A DNA stretch of 64,000 nt from Escherichia phage A73: sequence record OP778609. One strand, given 5' to 3'. Of this stretch, positions 28,908 to 38,187 are shown in pieces (position 1 is the first letter of the stretch; the number at the start of each line of letters is the position of its first letter). A model generated the notes under the pieces. The model saw nothing but the letters and a program-made list of their open reading frames with translations. It made no database searches and had not been told where the DNA came from. A program made the translations under genes and the position numbers.

Positions 28908-29362
28908 TTACAGCCATAATATATGGCATTTGTTTCGTAATCCTTGCTACTCGAAAAGAGAGTGGAACAAAGATAATGGCTGGGCTTTGCCTAGCCTATC
29001 TCGTATTGGAGAACCTGATCCTTTGGTTCTTCTCTACGCAACAATATTTCGACATCACTCTTTATTTTAATGTTCTCTGGACATTGGATTCGATACTGCT
29101 TTTCACTATGGGTTGTACAGTGAAGGGATTACGACAAAAACTTATCGTATGCCTAAGTATTCCGTTCATGCTTATTCAAGTGTTTGCAATCCAATATCCA
29201 GAATTGTTCCCCTTATGGGTTTACGAATTCGCTCTTAGAGACGCTCACAAATATTTCATAGAAACCTTTGTGTTCGTTTATTCTTGGAAGGATAATACCG
29301 TACCGGAATGGATAAGAACAGCAGTAGTGATATTTCTAGTGCTCATTGCCCACATGGTATGA
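28904..29362 (+). CDS. Polytopic membrane protein
   Basis: 152 aa, start overlaps upstream stop (ATGA); 4-5 hydrophobic helices. Confidence 0.5.
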   Translation: MITAIIYGICFVILATRKESGTKIMAGLCLAYLVLENLILWFFSTQQYFDITLYFNVLWTLDSILLFTMGCTVKGLRQKLIVCLSIPFMLIQVFAIQYPELFPLWVYEFALRDAHKYFIETFVFVYSWKDNTVPEWIRTAVVIFLVLIAHMV

Positions 29363-29384
29363 ACATTGATAATGAAGGTGATCT

Positions 29385-29645
29385 ATGTTAAAATTTCTCA
29401 AAGACCTAGTGACCTCTGCGGTGGAACCAGATAAAGCTTCTCATACGAAGTTTTGGTCTAACGTAGGTATGGCTGCTATGACTGCCGTCTTTCTCTGGTA
29501 TGGATTCAACAATACATTGCCTGAATGGTACGTATGGCTTTATGCCCCTACGGTAGTGGCCCCACACCTGTTGAGTGACCTCATCAACCTCCGTTGGGGA
29601 TTATCTTTGAAAAAAGATAAAGACCCTTCCGACGAAAACAAGTAA
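29385..29645 (+). CDS. Small membrane protein
   Basis: 86 aa with GAAGGTGA RBS; one or two TM segments and charged C-terminus. Confidence 0.45.
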   Translation: MLKFLKDLVTSAVEPDKASHTKFWSNVGMAAMTAVFLWYGFNNTLPEWYVWLYAPTVVAPHLLSDLINLRWGLSLKKDKDPSDENK

Positions 29646-29657
29646 GAGGAGAAAACT

Positions 29658-32600
29658 GTGTCGTCTAATACTGATATATTGGCACTGGTAAGCACTGAAG
29701 CAGACCTCGCTGTTGATCAGATCATCGAAGACTCTCGAAGACTTCATTTGATCGTCAACGGAACTGCAACAGAACAAGCTGTTACAGAAGATGGTAGCTT
29801 AATTCCTAGTGTACGTAAAGCGATAATTGATAACTTTTATTTTAAAACTCCACCGTTACCGTGGAGAAATGGAAGTTCAGTTATTGAATTCAATCAGTTG
29901 TATGCCTTTACCGATGTAAATGGCAACGTAACTTGGTGGTATGCCCCAGGTGCAACCAGCAGTACCCCTGTCGTTATGCGAGATAGTCCAATCAACGACG
30001 GGAAGTTTAGACCTTTCTTCGATAAAGGTAACATTCAAGAAACTTACGCCCCTATCCTTTCCCCTGTCTTCCGTGGAAACCCTACCGTACCCCTTGCTGC
30101 TGAAGGCGATAGCTCATTTACTATCGCGAACACCGCTTGGGTTAGCCGAGAAATAGAAAAAGTACGTGGTGAGGTTCTTGAAGAATCCAGAGGTGAATTC
30201 CAAAACATTATCGTTGCAGATGATGCGAGTCTGAAAGATCTCTATGTAAGTGGAGAAACCATCTTTACTGGTGATAGGATCGCTGCTCTTGATGCCGAGT
30301 TATCTTTAAAAAGATTACGAATGACAGGTACAGGCGCAGAAATCGCATTTGAACAAAATGGTGTTCCACCCCAAGCAGGATTAACAAAAAGAACAAATAT
30401 CAAACCTTTCCAAGTCACCACTGGGGTTGTTGATACAGATAATATAACTGCGAGAGAGATCAAGGTTGGAAATACCTCTGTTTCCACGAATTCCCTCGAT
30501 GTTGATGGATTCATGCAAGGTGACTATCTTCACTTACAGGGTAATGCCAACAACGCAGAAGACCGCCCACAACTGATCGTTGACGGTGTTGCGGAAATAA
30601 ATACTCTTCGTGTGACGAACACCATTGAAGGATTGAAGGCTGACGTTGAAGGTCTGGATATTAATCCTAACAGTATTGTGGTTGAAAGAACTGCGGAGAT
30701 CAAGGGAAATACAACCCTTGGTGCAGATCTTTCCGTTTCTGGCAATACCGTATTGAAAGATGTACGCATCGATGGTACTCTTACTGGCGCGGGAATCGGC
30801 GTTGATGGTAAAGATATCTCTCCTCGTAACGTGAGTGCAACATCCGTAACAGTTGCAGAGAATTTAAATATCACAGGTCCAACTAATGCTTCCGGCGATG
30901 TTACAGTAAACAACCTCACTGTTAACGGGACACTTAGAGCAGATATCGATTTTGGAACAAGTGCTGTTGAATTTCAAGATTTAACTGTAACCAATAGAGC
31001 TACGATTAAAGATCTTGAGATCACGGGCAACGTTACAGGTTTTACTCCCTCTGTTGATGGAGAAGCAATATCCCCTTCATCTGTGACAACGACAGGGAAC
31101 ATTGATGTTGGAAACAATCTACGTGTCCGTGGCGATCTTAGCCTAGATGGTGAATTGAGCCTTCCAAGCTTAGATACTGGAGATATCTCCGCTGCTGAAA
31201 TTGACGCTGCAAGTCTTTCGGTTAGTGGTGACATTACCGCAGGGACAACCTCGACTACAACGGTTAATAATCTTGTGGTAACAGGAACCACTACAGGAAT
31301 CACTGTAACGGGCAATGTTGATGGACAAGACATTCTCCCATCGTCGGTAGAAACAACGTCTGTAGAAGCTTCTGAGAGCGTTACAACGGCAAACCTGACA
31401 GCCACTGGAGAAACTCAGGTAAATAACCTGACAATCACGGGAACTGTAACAGGTTTTGAAGTAGACCTCACTGGGCGGGACATTCAGGTTAATACCCTGA
31501 CGGTTACTCGTGGATCAACTTTTGACGAGGTTACTGCTAATAACATAACCAACAATCAAAAGATTACTACGGTAGATCTTCAGGTAACTGGAAACCTGAC
31601 AAATGCCAATGGTGAGCAATTCTTTGCAAACGTCACTGGTCAAGACATTCTTCCAAATAGTGTGCAGTCTGCAACGTCTGTGAGAACTAAAACGCTACGT
31701 GTCGAAGAGACTAGCCTCTTGGAAGGTGCTGTTACCTTAAATGATGGTTTGACTATCACCGCTGGTAATATCACATCTGTTCAAGGTCAAGCAAGCTTCA
31801 ATGACGTACAGGTATTTGGATCTCTTCTGGACGCGAATGGTAACGCCTTAGGGACAGCGGAAAGCATAAACGGTAAAGATATCTCTCCCCGTAGCGTAAC
31901 CGCTCAAGTTGAGATTCAGACTACTGCAATTGTTGCTACAGGTCAAGCTGAAGTTGGTTCTTTGATTTCAACTGGACAAGTAACGGCAGGAAGCTTAGAG
32001 GTTTCAGGGATAGGCAACATTGATCAAGTCATCACCGATGATATCCGTGCTGGTAAAGTGACTTCCGGTAACACTGTTATCACTCGCACTGTCGGGTCTA
32101 ATGACCCTGCTCTTGAAGTTCGTGGACCAGGTGAGATTCAGGGCGACCTTAATGTAACCGGAACTGTAACTGGTAACATCGACCTTAGCTCTCAGGACGT
32201 TAACGTTGCTTCTATGACCTCAACGGGAACAATAAATGCCCTTTCCATTGAGTCTCGTACATCGGTAATTGGATTATCTGGTACATTCGGTGAAGATTAT
32301 GAAGGTGCACCTACATACGGGATAACTTCTCTTTCCGGCGCAAACATCAACAAGAACCTTCGAGTTGGTGGAAACCTGACTGTTGTTGGTAACATCTCTG
32401 GCAATATCGACTTGTCTGGAAAGGCGATCGAGCCTGCATCTTTGTCTACCACGACAGCTACGTTAACGACGGCGAACATAACAGACCTGACTGTAACTGG
32501 TCAGTTTAATATCCCGACTGTACCGTTAAATGTTCAATCCCTTAGTTCTGAAAACGCTATTTCCGCAAGCAAGTTCAGCACCACACCAAAAGAAGTAAGC

Positions 32601-32891
32601 ACCACCTCTTCTTCTTATATCCCAGACGGCTCAACGAGCATATATAACGTAAACGTTATAAATGATGTTGAAGTGAAAGCGCCGATTGGCCTGTTGAGTT
32701 CAGGAAAAGGTGAGTCAGTATTCCTTTTCTTTGAACAGGATGGTACTGGTGGACATGCGGTAACATTCGGATCGGAGTTTGTTGTGCACGGTACTGAAAC
32801 CATCAACACAGATGCAAACACTGTATCGGTAGTTAACATGGTTTATCGTGGCAAAGGCCCATTGATTGACGTATTCATCACTCGTCGCTAA
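29658..32891 (+). CDS. Long tail fibre protein
   Basis: 1077 aa, GTG start behind GAGGAG RBS; at least six copies of a ~20-aa motif ([VI][DN]G[KQE][DA]I[SLE]P.S[VL]), Thr/Val/Asn-rich composition. Confidence 0.7.
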   Translation: MSSNTDILALVSTEADLAVDQIIEDSRRLHLIVNGTATEQAVTEDGSLIPSVRKAIIDNFYFKTPPLPWRNGSSVIEFNQLYAFTDVNGNVTWWYAPGATSSTPVVMRDSPINDGKFRPFFDKGNIQETYAPILSPVFRGNPTVPLAAEGDSSFTIANTAWVSREIEKVRGEVLEESRGEFQNIIVADDASLKDLYVSGETIFTGDRIAALDAELSLKRLRMTGTGAEIAFEQNGVPPQAGLTKRTNIKPFQVTTGVVDTDNITAREIKVGNTSVSTNSLDVDGFMQGDYLHLQGNANNAEDRPQLIVDGVAEINTLRVTNTIEGLKADVEGLDINPNSIVVERTAEIKGNTTLGADLSVSGNTVLKDVRIDGTLTGAGIGVDGKDISPRNVSATSVTVAENLNITGPTNASGDVTVNNLTVNGTLRADIDFGTSAVEFQDLTVTNRATIKDLEITGNVTGFTPSVDGEAISPSSVTTTGNIDVGNNLRVRGDLSLDGELSLPSLDTGDISAAEIDAASLSVSGDITAGTTSTTTVNNLVVTGTTTGITVTGNVDGQDILPSSVETTSVEASESVTTANLTATGETQVNNLTITGTVTGFEVDLTGRDIQVNTLTVTRGSTFDEVTANNITNNQKITTVDLQVTGNLTNANGEQFFANVTGQDILPNSVQSATSVRTKTLRVEETSLLEGAVTLNDGLTITAGNITSVQGQASFNDVQVFGSLLDANGNALGTAESINGKDISPRSVTAQVEIQTTAIVATGQAEVGSLISTGQVTAGSLEVSGIGNIDQVITDDIRAGKVTSGNTVITRTVGSNDPALEVRGPGEIQGDLNVTGTVTGNIDLSSQDVNVASMTSTGTINALSIESRTSVIGLSGTFGEDYEGAPTYGITSLSGANINKNLRVGGNLTVVGNISGNIDLSGKAIEPASLSTTTATLTTANITDLTVTGQFNIPTVPLNVQSLSSENAISASKFSTTPKEVSTTSSSYIPDGSTSIYNVNVINDVEVKAPIGLLSSGKGESVFLFFEQDGTGGHAVTFGSEFVVHGTETINTDANTVSVVNMVYRGKGPLIDVFITRR

Positions 32892-32892
32892 T

Positions 32893-32919
32893 AGAGGCCC
32901 TTCGGGGCCTTTTCTTTTT
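32893..32919 (+). terminator. Rho-independent terminator
   Basis: AGGCCCttcgGGGCCTtttcttttt hairpin with UUCG loop and T-run. Confidence 0.7.
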
Positions 32920-32930
32920 AGGAGGACAAC

Positions 32931-34166
32931 ATGATCCCTTTTCCAATTATTAATTTCGGTGGCGGTGTTCCACTACCTGTAGGCGTTACAATCAAGTATG
33001 CAGTAAGTACCAGCACCGGAAATATTTTTATTCTGCTTACCAATGGGCATCTATATGTAACCGGATCTAATTATCTAAACGGGCTTGGTAAAACAGGGAC
33101 CACAAATAATGCAACTTCGGGATGGTCACTTACTAACACAGGTGTTGAAGAAGTTTATGAGGTAGGAACAGAAAGTACACTGTACGGCGGTGTGTGGGTT
33201 AAGAAAAATAATAACCACTATGAATATATCTCTGCCGTAGTCTTTCCCACTGTTGACACAACTCTCCAAAACAGTTGGAACGTCTTGCCTGAATCCGCAT
33301 ACATCGTTGATGGTGTAAATATCTTATCTTCAGCAATACAAATAGCCAGATCATACGCGATCCAACCCGACGGCACTGTTTACAGACTGCTTCCAGAGGG
33401 GCCGCAAGTAGCTTGGCCTGAAAAAACAAAATACCTGTATTTTGCAAACTATAATGCCATTCGTGTCGAGGTGGATGGGACTTTAAAATACCGAGGCGAC
33501 AATGGTGTAGATCAAGTGGCAGGCACTTCTGCCGGAACAACATTATCAACTTGGACAACCATCGGGGATTCTTCTGTAAGGTATATTAGGGCAAAATGTG
33601 CTCGTGGTCAAGTGGCTAACACGAGTGGCGGTTCAGGTGCTCAATCTATTGTACTTGTTGTTGCACAGAGGGAAGATGGGTCATGGGATGCAGTTGGATC
33701 GACAGCAAGAGCAGGGATAAACTCAACCAACGTCCTCGGTCCTAATTTAGCACCTATGACAAGCATACCTGCGGGGGTTGAAGTTTATGTCACTAACCAG
33801 GTCAGTTATACAAACGCAAGTGTGGGAACAAGGGGAGCATTGCAAGTGTTCATCTCCGATAGGGTTAATGGCATCTATCAATCAACGGGTGGACAAGGTG
33901 GATACACCTATTCTTTATTTAGGAATCTTTCTATAACCACTAATGCAACATCTTTCGATAATATATCTGAAGATATTATAAACGATGGTGGTATCCTTCA
34001 CATGACGGGTTCATTATCCGATACTTTCAAAGTGATTGTTAGTGGTAATGGTAATCTTTACTGGACAGGGAGAGGATATTCAGGGGCTATGTACCCTGCT
34101 GACTTTACGGCCTCTAATACGATAGCTCAGAAGTTTAACTTGGAAGGTATAGTTATTCCAGCATAA
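32931..34166 (+). CDS. Putative distal fibre/adhesin protein
   Basis: 411-aa Gly/Thr/Ser/Asn-rich ORF with AGGAGGA RBS; last gene of the + strand block, after the long fibre. Confidence 0.4.
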   Translation: MIPFPIINFGGGVPLPVGVTIKYAVSTSTGNIFILLTNGHLYVTGSNYLNGLGKTGTTNNATSGWSLTNTGVEEVYEVGTESTLYGGVWVKKNNNHYEYISAVVFPTVDTTLQNSWNVLPESAYIVDGVNILSSAIQIARSYAIQPDGTVYRLLPEGPQVAWPEKTKYLYFANYNAIRVEVDGTLKYRGDNGVDQVAGTSAGTTLSTWTTIGDSSVRYIRAKCARGQVANTSGGSGAQSIVLVVAQREDGSWDAVGSTARAGINSTNVLGPNLAPMTSIPAGVEVYVTNQVSYTNASVGTRGALQVFISDRVNGIYQSTGGQGGYTYSLFRNLSITTNATSFDNISEDIINDGGILHMTGSLSDTFKVIVSGNGNLYWTGRGYSGAMYPADFTASNTIAQKFNLEGIVIPA

Positions 34167-34200
34167 AGAAAAGGCGCTCAAATGAGCGCCTTTATTTTTA
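34165..34200. terminator. Bidirectional terminator at strand switch
   Basis: aaagaaaaGGCGCTCAaaTGAGCGCCtttattttta: 8-bp stem flanked by A-run and T-run, between convergent gene blocks. Confidence 0.75.
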
Positions 34201-34214
34201 TCTAAATTTTACGA

Positions 34215-35390
34215 TCAAAACGGAATATCGTCGTCAAAATCCATATCATCTACAGACATATTTACATGTCCTTCAATATCAGGGGTAGGTGAATCTTCTG
34301 CTGACGGAGTTAACTGCGGTTCCGGCTCAGGTTTCTTTTCCTCTTGCTTAGGAGTTGAAGCACCGTTACGGATCTTATCTTCCAATTGACAGATGAATCG
34401 GAAATTCTCTTCAGTCTTAGCAATAAAGGTTTCGATATTGTCACGACCCCAACGGGCAGAAAGAATGCCACACTGGCCTAAACGAGCACCGAAAGAGTAA
34501 TCATCCATAGATTTAAACTCTTCACGCAGTTTTGCTTTGATCGAATCCATCGCTGCAAGAACTTGTTCTACGATCACACCCTGATTTGCAATAGTTTCAT
34601 CAGGGAACATTGCATCGGTAATAGATAGTGCATTACCTAAACGAATAGGTAGATCATCTTTACCTTTACCTGAACGTGATCCTGTTCCAGTACTTGCACC
34701 TTTTGGACCGTAAGCTTTAAAGCCTGTAACCGTACCATCATCTGAACGAACACCTGCAATACGACCACCTTCTGTAATCTGACCCGTCTGTTCATCAGTG
34801 AGGTTTACAGTAACTTCTGTGCCGTCTTCCAGCTTAACAACTACCTTATTGCCTTCGATAGATGTGATATCACCATAAATCTTCTTAGCTGCACCACCAG
34901 ACGGCTTTTGCTGCTGTTGGGAACCACTTGATTGCTGCTGTTGCTGACGAGGCTCACGAGCACCGGATGCGTCAGTAATCTTGATACGTGCTTTCTTACC
35001 TTCTGTAGAAGAACCTTGACTACCATCTTGTTTGGTATAGGTCTTGATAACAACAGGTAAACGAATTTTCATACCCTCTTTAAGATCGGTGTAACCACCT
35101 TCAGGATTTTTAATCTGGAACTGATTCTCATACTTCAGATTTTTAACTTCACCCTCACCAAAAGAAATCCATGCTTGATCTTCACCTTCTTTAAGAAGAA
35201 CCGCATAGCGGTGGGTATTGTTAATGCTTTTCTGCTGACCAGTATTCTTGTCTTTGAAGGTAGTCACTCGTGGGCTACCATCTTCATTAATACGTTTGAT
35301 CATGATACGTTCAATCGTACCTGCTGCAATGTTTACTGTGGTATCGGAAACAGCATCGTATACAGCATTGATAACTTTAACTTCAGACAT
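34215..35390 (-). CDS. SSB-like protein with C-terminal acidic DDDIPF tail
   Basis: 391 aa; ends ...SVDDMDFDDDIPF, matching the bacterial SSB C-terminal tail; Gln-rich linker; N-terminal OB fold not verified. Confidence 0.5.
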   Translation of the reverse strand: MSEVKVINAVYDAVSDTTVNIAAGTIERIMIKRINEDGSPRVTTFKDKNTGQQKSINNTHRYAVLLKEGEDQAWISFGEGEVKNLKYENQFQIKNPEGGYTDLKEGMKIRLPVVIKTYTKQDGSQGSSTEGKKARIKITDASGAREPRQQQQQSSGSQQQQKPSGGAAKKIYGDITSIEGNKVVVKLEDGTEVTVNLTDEQTGQITEGGRIAGVRSDDGTVTGFKAYGPKGASTGTGSRSGKGKDDLPIRLGNALSITDAMFPDETIANQGVIVEQVLAAMDSIKAKLREEFKSMDDYSFGARLGQCGILSARWGRDNIETFIAKTEENFRFICQLEDKIRNGASTPKQEEKKPEPEPQLTPSAEDSPTPDIEGHVNMSVDDMDFDDDIPF

Positions 35391-35473
35391 TTAAATCTCC
35401 TTTAACTATTGAACACACCACTTAAGGCCGAGAAACTATATTACAACTAACTTATTTGAATTGCAAACAACTT

Positions 35474-35854
35474 TTAGAGATAAACTCGCTTAACTTTTTC
35501 ATGAACATTATCAAACAAAGTGTTGATCATCTGCAAGTCTTTAATAAGTTCTTCCGTAAATTGTTCTTCTTTGTGAGCAAACACACGAGAACGGTCAATG
35601 TTTACAGGATCTGAACTTTGGTCGCCTGACAGATCGAAAATGTCGATACCGATACGAGCACGGCCTTTTTCAATCTTGTTGTTTTCATCAATACCGAAGA
35701 CACTCATGATTTGCATTTCACGATCTTCTTCACTGTTTGTGTAAATGATCGTCGTATTCAAATTCTTAACACCATCGTAAATGTGAATGTTACGTGTCGC
35801 AGAGATAGGAATCCAATCAGCAACCAAATAATCTTTACCGTCGAAAATACTCAT
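35474..35854 (-). CDS. Hypothetical protein
   Basis: 126-aa ORF in the - strand early block; no motif. Confidence 0.45.
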   Translation of the reverse strand: MSIFDGKDYLVADWIPISATRNIHIYDGVKNLNTTIIYTNSEEDREMQIMSVFGIDENNKIEKGRARIGIDIFDLSGDQSSDPVNIDRSRVFAHKEEQFTEELIKDLQMINTLFDNVHEKVKRVYL

Positions 35855-35908
35855 CTTCTTTCCTCTTTTGTTTAAGTGGGGCCATTATGCCCCACACTTA
35901 ACTTTCTG

Positions 35909-36481
35909 TCAAGGACGTTTCGGTGGACTAACGACACCTTTTTTAGATAAAGGTAATTCGTCTGCATCTTTTCCACGGAGAGATTCTAACCACTCATCTA
36001 AAGATAGAGGTACTTTGCCAACACCCTTGGACCATACAGATAAGCAATACAGGTCGTATGCAGATGGGCCAGCATCACCCTTGTCACCATACGGCCCTTT
36101 TAAACTCGCCAACCAATCCTTTTCATTCAGTGGGATAGTGCCTGGATCTTCTTGTCGAAGAACTCTTAGGTATGTTTCATAAGCAGACTCTCCACGGGGA
36201 CCCATTGGACCAGGTAAACCTTGCGGTCCCTTTGCATAGTCTAAATATGCAGACTTTGAACCATCATTGACCACTGAAACTTTATACAATGACCAAGCCA
36301 ACAGAACTATCCAACAAGCAAACAATGCAAGCGGGTAAGGGATCATTGAAGTAAAGAATGACAGGGCTAAAATTACAACCTTGTTCTTGTGATCACGACG
36401 GAAAGCGATGATCACAGGGGCTAACCAGATAGCAAAGATAACCCACGCAGATAAGATAAACAACCAACTAATGTATTCCAT
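35909..36481 (-). CDS. Membrane protein with collagen-like/fibre-type motifs
   Basis: 190 aa; three N-terminal TM helices, then [39 protein letters not shown] and SLRGKD segments. Confidence 0.5.
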   Translation of the reverse strand: MEYISWLFILSAWVIFAIWLAPVIIAFRRDHKNKVVILALSFFTSMIPYPLALFACWIVLLAWSLYKVSVVNDGSKSAYLDYAKGPQGLPGPMGPRGESAYETYLRVLRQEDPGTIPLNEKDWLASLKGPYGDKGDAGPSAYDLYCLSVWSKGVGKVPLSLDEWLESLRGKDADELPLSKKGVVSPPKRP

Positions 36482-36669
36482 TAAGCCTCCTCAGTATCGT
36501 CTTTAAAGTAATCTAACATCCAACTCTCTACAGGTTTCGCATAGTAACCCGTTCGCCCTTTCTTTTGGAACTCCATAACAATTTCATTTGCAATACCTTT
36601 TGTGATTGCGATCCCGATCAGTGCACCACCAGGCCCCATTACTGCATGTGAACTAAGATCATTACTCAT
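36481..36669 (-). CDS. Hypothetical small protein
   Basis: 62-aa ORF, start overlaps upstream stop. Confidence 0.35.
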   Translation of the reverse strand: MSNDLSSHAVMGPGGALIGIAITKGIANEIVMEFQKKGRTGYYAKPVESWMLDYFKDDTEEA

Positions 36670-36961
36670 TTTTAACCCCCTTCATTTTATCTCTTAAACT
36701 TTGAGCATCCCACGTATAACCTGAGGAGATACCTTTTTCACGTTCACTATCTTTGAACTTGCAAATTACAGATTTTGCTTCACCATCAACAACAACCGCA
36801 TAACTGTTGTAGTAATTGTGTTGCTTCTTGCAAAATTCGTGTAACTCCTTGACCTCTATTGGCATCAGAGAAGGTAGATTTTTGTATCGCTTTGTCTGAT
36901 CATCTTCACCCTCTCCGCAACCAACAAGAAGAAGTATACATAAAATGATTAACCTTTTCAA
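36662..36961 (-). CDS. Putative lipoprotein
   Basis: 99 aa; N-terminus MKRLIILCILLLVGCGEG with lipobox LVGC. Confidence 0.5.
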   Translation of the reverse strand: MKRLIILCILLLVGCGEGEDDQTKRYKNLPSLMPIEVKELHEFCKKQHNYYNSYAVVVDGEAKSVICKFKDSEREKGISSGYTWDAQSLRDKMKGVKNE

Positions 36962-37113
36962 TAGCTACCCCCAAAATATTTTGTAGTCTCTACTGCAAAT
37001 ATTGTCCCAAGTATGAACCATGTCGCACTTAGCACGTTGAAAGGTAAAAACCTCGATCCTGCAAGAGAAACCATAATAAAAAACGTTACAAAAATCTCTG
37101 GAGGAATCATCAT
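36958..37113 (-). CDS. Small hydrophobic peptide (not in ORF track)
   Basis: 51-aa ORF MMIPPEIFVTFFIMVSLAGSRFLPFNVLSATWFILGTIFAVETTKYFGGSY; ATG overlaps stop of upstream gene (ATGA). Confidence 0.35.
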   Translation of the reverse strand: MMIPPEIFVTFFIMVSLAGSRFLPFNVLSATWFILGTIFAVETTKYFGGSY

Positions 37114-37511
37114 TGTTTGATAGTCCCTTTGGCGATCATCTCGTCAAGTTCATCTTCCGCACGACACATGATTTGGTAGATAGTTTCTGGATTGTTTAAG
37201 AATTCTGTGTACTTCTTGATACGACAAACTAAACGTGCACGAACTTTACGCTCACGGGCCACATGATTAAAGTAATGTCCCTTTTGTCTGTAGACCCAAG
37301 CATAATATACAGTTTTTGCTCTCTGGCGATCAGAACCTAAACGTTCAGCTAATTCTGTGTACGGGTCATTGTTGGTTGGACCAAACAAAAATATTTCTGC
37401 AAAACTTTCCTTCATGATACGAGCTTCTTCATCCGTAACTCGCGGACATTCTTCAGAACCGTAACGTGGGGTTTTAGTGGCATTTGGCTTCTTAGGGTAT
37501 ACTTTACGCAT
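37110..37511 (-). CDS. Hypothetical protein, possible HTH regulator
   Basis: 133-aa basic protein; segment YTELAERLGSDRQRAKTVYYAW is helix-turn-helix-like. Confidence 0.4.
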   Translation of the reverse strand: MRKVYPKKPNATKTPRYGSEECPRVTDEEARIMKESFAEIFLFGPTNNDPYTELAERLGSDRQRAKTVYYAWVYRQKGHYFNHVARERKVRARLVCRIKKYTEFLNNPETIYQIMCRAEDELDEMIAKGTIKQ

Positions 37512-37578
37512 TTCATCACTCCTCTAATTAAAACTCTTACTCCCGATGTGAGGAGCCTTTCGGCCCCTCCCTTAAATA

Positions 37579-38187
37579 TCAATCACAACTGCTTGAAGAA
37601 CTGCTACTGCTACTATCCGAAGAATAACTATCGTAAGATGATGAGCTATCATACGAACTTGATCGACTTGGAGAACAGTAAGAACTTGAACTACTTGTAC
37701 GATCTTCACTGGATGACATTACGGCAGCATACGTTGCCACACCACCTAAAGCTGCCACCTGAGGATCAACCTGGCTAGTCCCGTACCCGTTTGGGGAGTC
37801 GCTCATCTTACGTGGTGCTGCCCGACGTGCCTGATCAATATACTGTCGCTTTGCCTTCGGCGGTAATTTCTTACCTTGAGCATAGGACGGTAATTCAACG
37901 CCCTTCAGTTGTTCATCCAAGGACTTAGGCGGTGTAGCCTGAGCTTTTGGGCGTTCAATTGAGATATCTACAACCTTCATTGTTTTATCTTTAAGGTTTA
38001 CCCCTACCAACGCTTCATTTTCCTTTAGTGGTTCTTCTAAAGATCGTGTTTCAACTGGACTGAATTTAACGCTTGCAGTTTCTTGACGTTGTTCAGCTTG
38101 CTTTGCGATATACTTATCGATCGCCGCAGTTTCTACTTCCAGAGGAATAAATAATGATTTTACCCAAGCAACAAACTTCTTGATCAT
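37579..38187 (-). CDS. Hypothetical protein with poly-Ser C-terminal tail
   Basis: 202 aa; last ~50 residues almost exclusively Ser/Tyr/Asp. Confidence 0.45.
   Translation of the reverse strand: MIKKFVAWVKSLFIPLEVETAAIDKYIAKQAEQRQETASVKFSPVETRSLEEPLKENEALVGVNLKDKTMKVVDISIERPKAQATPPKSLDEQLKGVELPSYAQGKKLPPKAKRQYIDQARRAAPRKMSDSPNGYGTSQVDPQVAALGGVATYAAVMSSSEDRTSSSSSYCSPSRSSSYDSSSSYDSYSSDSSSSSSSSSCD

Noticed and set aside
35909-36481. The 190-aa membrane protein considered as a true collagen-like structural protein.
   Set aside because: It has only a handful of Gly-X-Y triplets; the similarity is confined to the flanking SAY/WLxSLKG motif, so it is reported as a motif-sharing membrane protein.
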